DNA from: an uncultured Chloroflexia bacterium
GTDB taxonomy: Bacteria > Chloroflexota > Limnocylindria > Limnocylindrales > CSP1-4
Reading direction: 5' to 3'
Length of the DNA: 64,000 nt
NCBI GenBank assembly: GCA_963763775.1
Contig: CAVXPZ010000003.1
Coordinates: 32,001 to 96,000, forward strand
The notes under the pieces were generated by a model, which ran no database searches, was not told the origin of the DNA, and saw only the letters and a program-made list of their open reading frames with translations. This document shows positions 62,975 through 64,000 of the stretch, piece after piece. Both the position numbers and the translations under genes were made by a program. Every line of letters starts with the position of its first letter. Position 1 is the first letter of the stretch.

Positions 62975-64000
62975 GGCGCCGCGCTTGGCGAGGCGATCGG
63001 CGACAGCCCGAGGCCGGGAGCCAGGGCATCGAGCCGGTCCAGCGCCGCCTGGACGAGCGCCATCTCGTCGCCGTAGGTCGCGAAGTCGCCGTTGCGGAGC
63101 GCGGCCTGGGCGATGTCGAAGTGCTGCTTGGCGTAGCGGATGAGCCCGACCACGTCTGCCGGCAGTGGCGCGACCGGCCCCGACGACGGCACCGGTGTCG
63201 GGGTCGGGCCCGGCGTCGGGCCGGGCCCGGGCGAGGTCCCCGGTGACGCGCTCGGCGTCGGTGTGCCGTTCGCCTCGGCCTTCAGGAGGAGGTCGACGGC
63301 CGTGCCCAGGGTCGGGGCCCACACCACGTTCCTCGGCGACGCGACGACGATCCGCTGGAACTCGGGGAACGACACGCCGGTGCGACTGGAGGTAGACCGG
63401 CTGGAGGTAGATGATCGAGTCGCCCAACGGCACCACGATGAGGTTGCCCCGGATCACCTTGCTTCCGGACTGGTTCCACAGCGAGATCTGCTGGCTGATG
63501 ATCGGGTCCTGGTCGATCCGCGCCTCGATCTGCGCCGGCCCGAAGACCGTCGAGTCCGCCGGGAAGCGGTAGGCCCGCGTCACGCCGTAGTTCGGGGCGT
63601 CGTTGCGCGCGGCCACCCAGGCGATCATGTTCGGACGGTTGACCGGCACCATCGGCTGGAGGAGGAGGAATTCGGAGCTGTCCTCGCCCGGCATGCGCAT
63701 CACGACGTAATACGCCTCGGACGGGAGGGTCTGCTCGCTCGTCTGCCCGGTGGGGACCGTCCAGAGATCGTCGTTTCGGAAGAACTGCTGCGCGTTCGTC
63801 ACGTGGTACCGGCCGAACATCCGGGTCTGCACGTTGAAGAGCTCCTCGGGCACGCGCAGGTGCGCCTGCAGGTCCGCGGGCATCGACGAGAGGGGCTCGA
63901 AGAGGGTCGGGAACACGCCCTGGTAGGCGCGGATGATCGGGTCGTCCGGGTCCGCGACGTAGAAGTGCATCGTCCCGTCGTACGCGTCCATCGTGATCTT
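62971..64000 (-). CDS. UPF0182 family membrane protein, C-terminal part (5' partial; frameshift near 63383)
   Basis: DAYDGT, YHVTN, YYVVMRMPG, GPAQIEARIDQD, VIRGNL, YLQPVYLQ, ALRNGDFATYG. Confidence 0.92.

Overview
High-GC (roughly 70%+, estimated by eye) bacterial chromosomal segment. Gene content and style suggest a monoderm, probably Chloroflexota (Limnocylindria/Ellin6529-like) or an Actinobacteria-like organism; this is inference, not a search result. About 15 single-base frameshifts interrupt otherwise intact genes (glnA, tagH-like ATPase, UPF0182, GH18 and others), which points to long-read assembly error. Left to right: (1) a DUF1269/DUF2252/K-channel/holin-phosphodiesterase module; (2) a decayed ~3.5 kb island bounded by an imperfect direct repeat of the tRNA-Pro(CGG) 3' end, with a dyad-symmetric att-like site; (3) c-di-GMP enzymes, MFS, an ECF sigma/anti-sigma pair, tandem GSIII + GSI glutamine synthetases, ResB, Lrp, LLM oxidoreductase, homocysteine methyltransferase, serine hydrolase; (4) a LysE exporter behind a candidate leader-peptide attenuator, a Zn-finger cyclase and tRNA-Pro(UGG); (5) LCP, rdgB-rph-mazG and a parvulin with a nested domain; (6) a cell-envelope cluster with two TagF-like transferases, TarI/IspD + SDR, a TagG/H-like ABC exporter, glycosyltransferases, GH18 and clan-CD-like secreted proteins with FlgD-Ig modules, and rmlABDC; (7) radC-mreB-mreC, CPBP, zinc-ribbon membrane proteins and UPF0182. 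No CRISPR array, rRNA or intact integrase was seen. Best novelty candidates: the uORF/hairpin attenuator before lysE, the tRNA-Pro att architecture, the ribitol-teichoic-acid-like pathway, the secreted His/Cys peptidase-like protein, and a tail-anchored 15-residue beta-solenoid.
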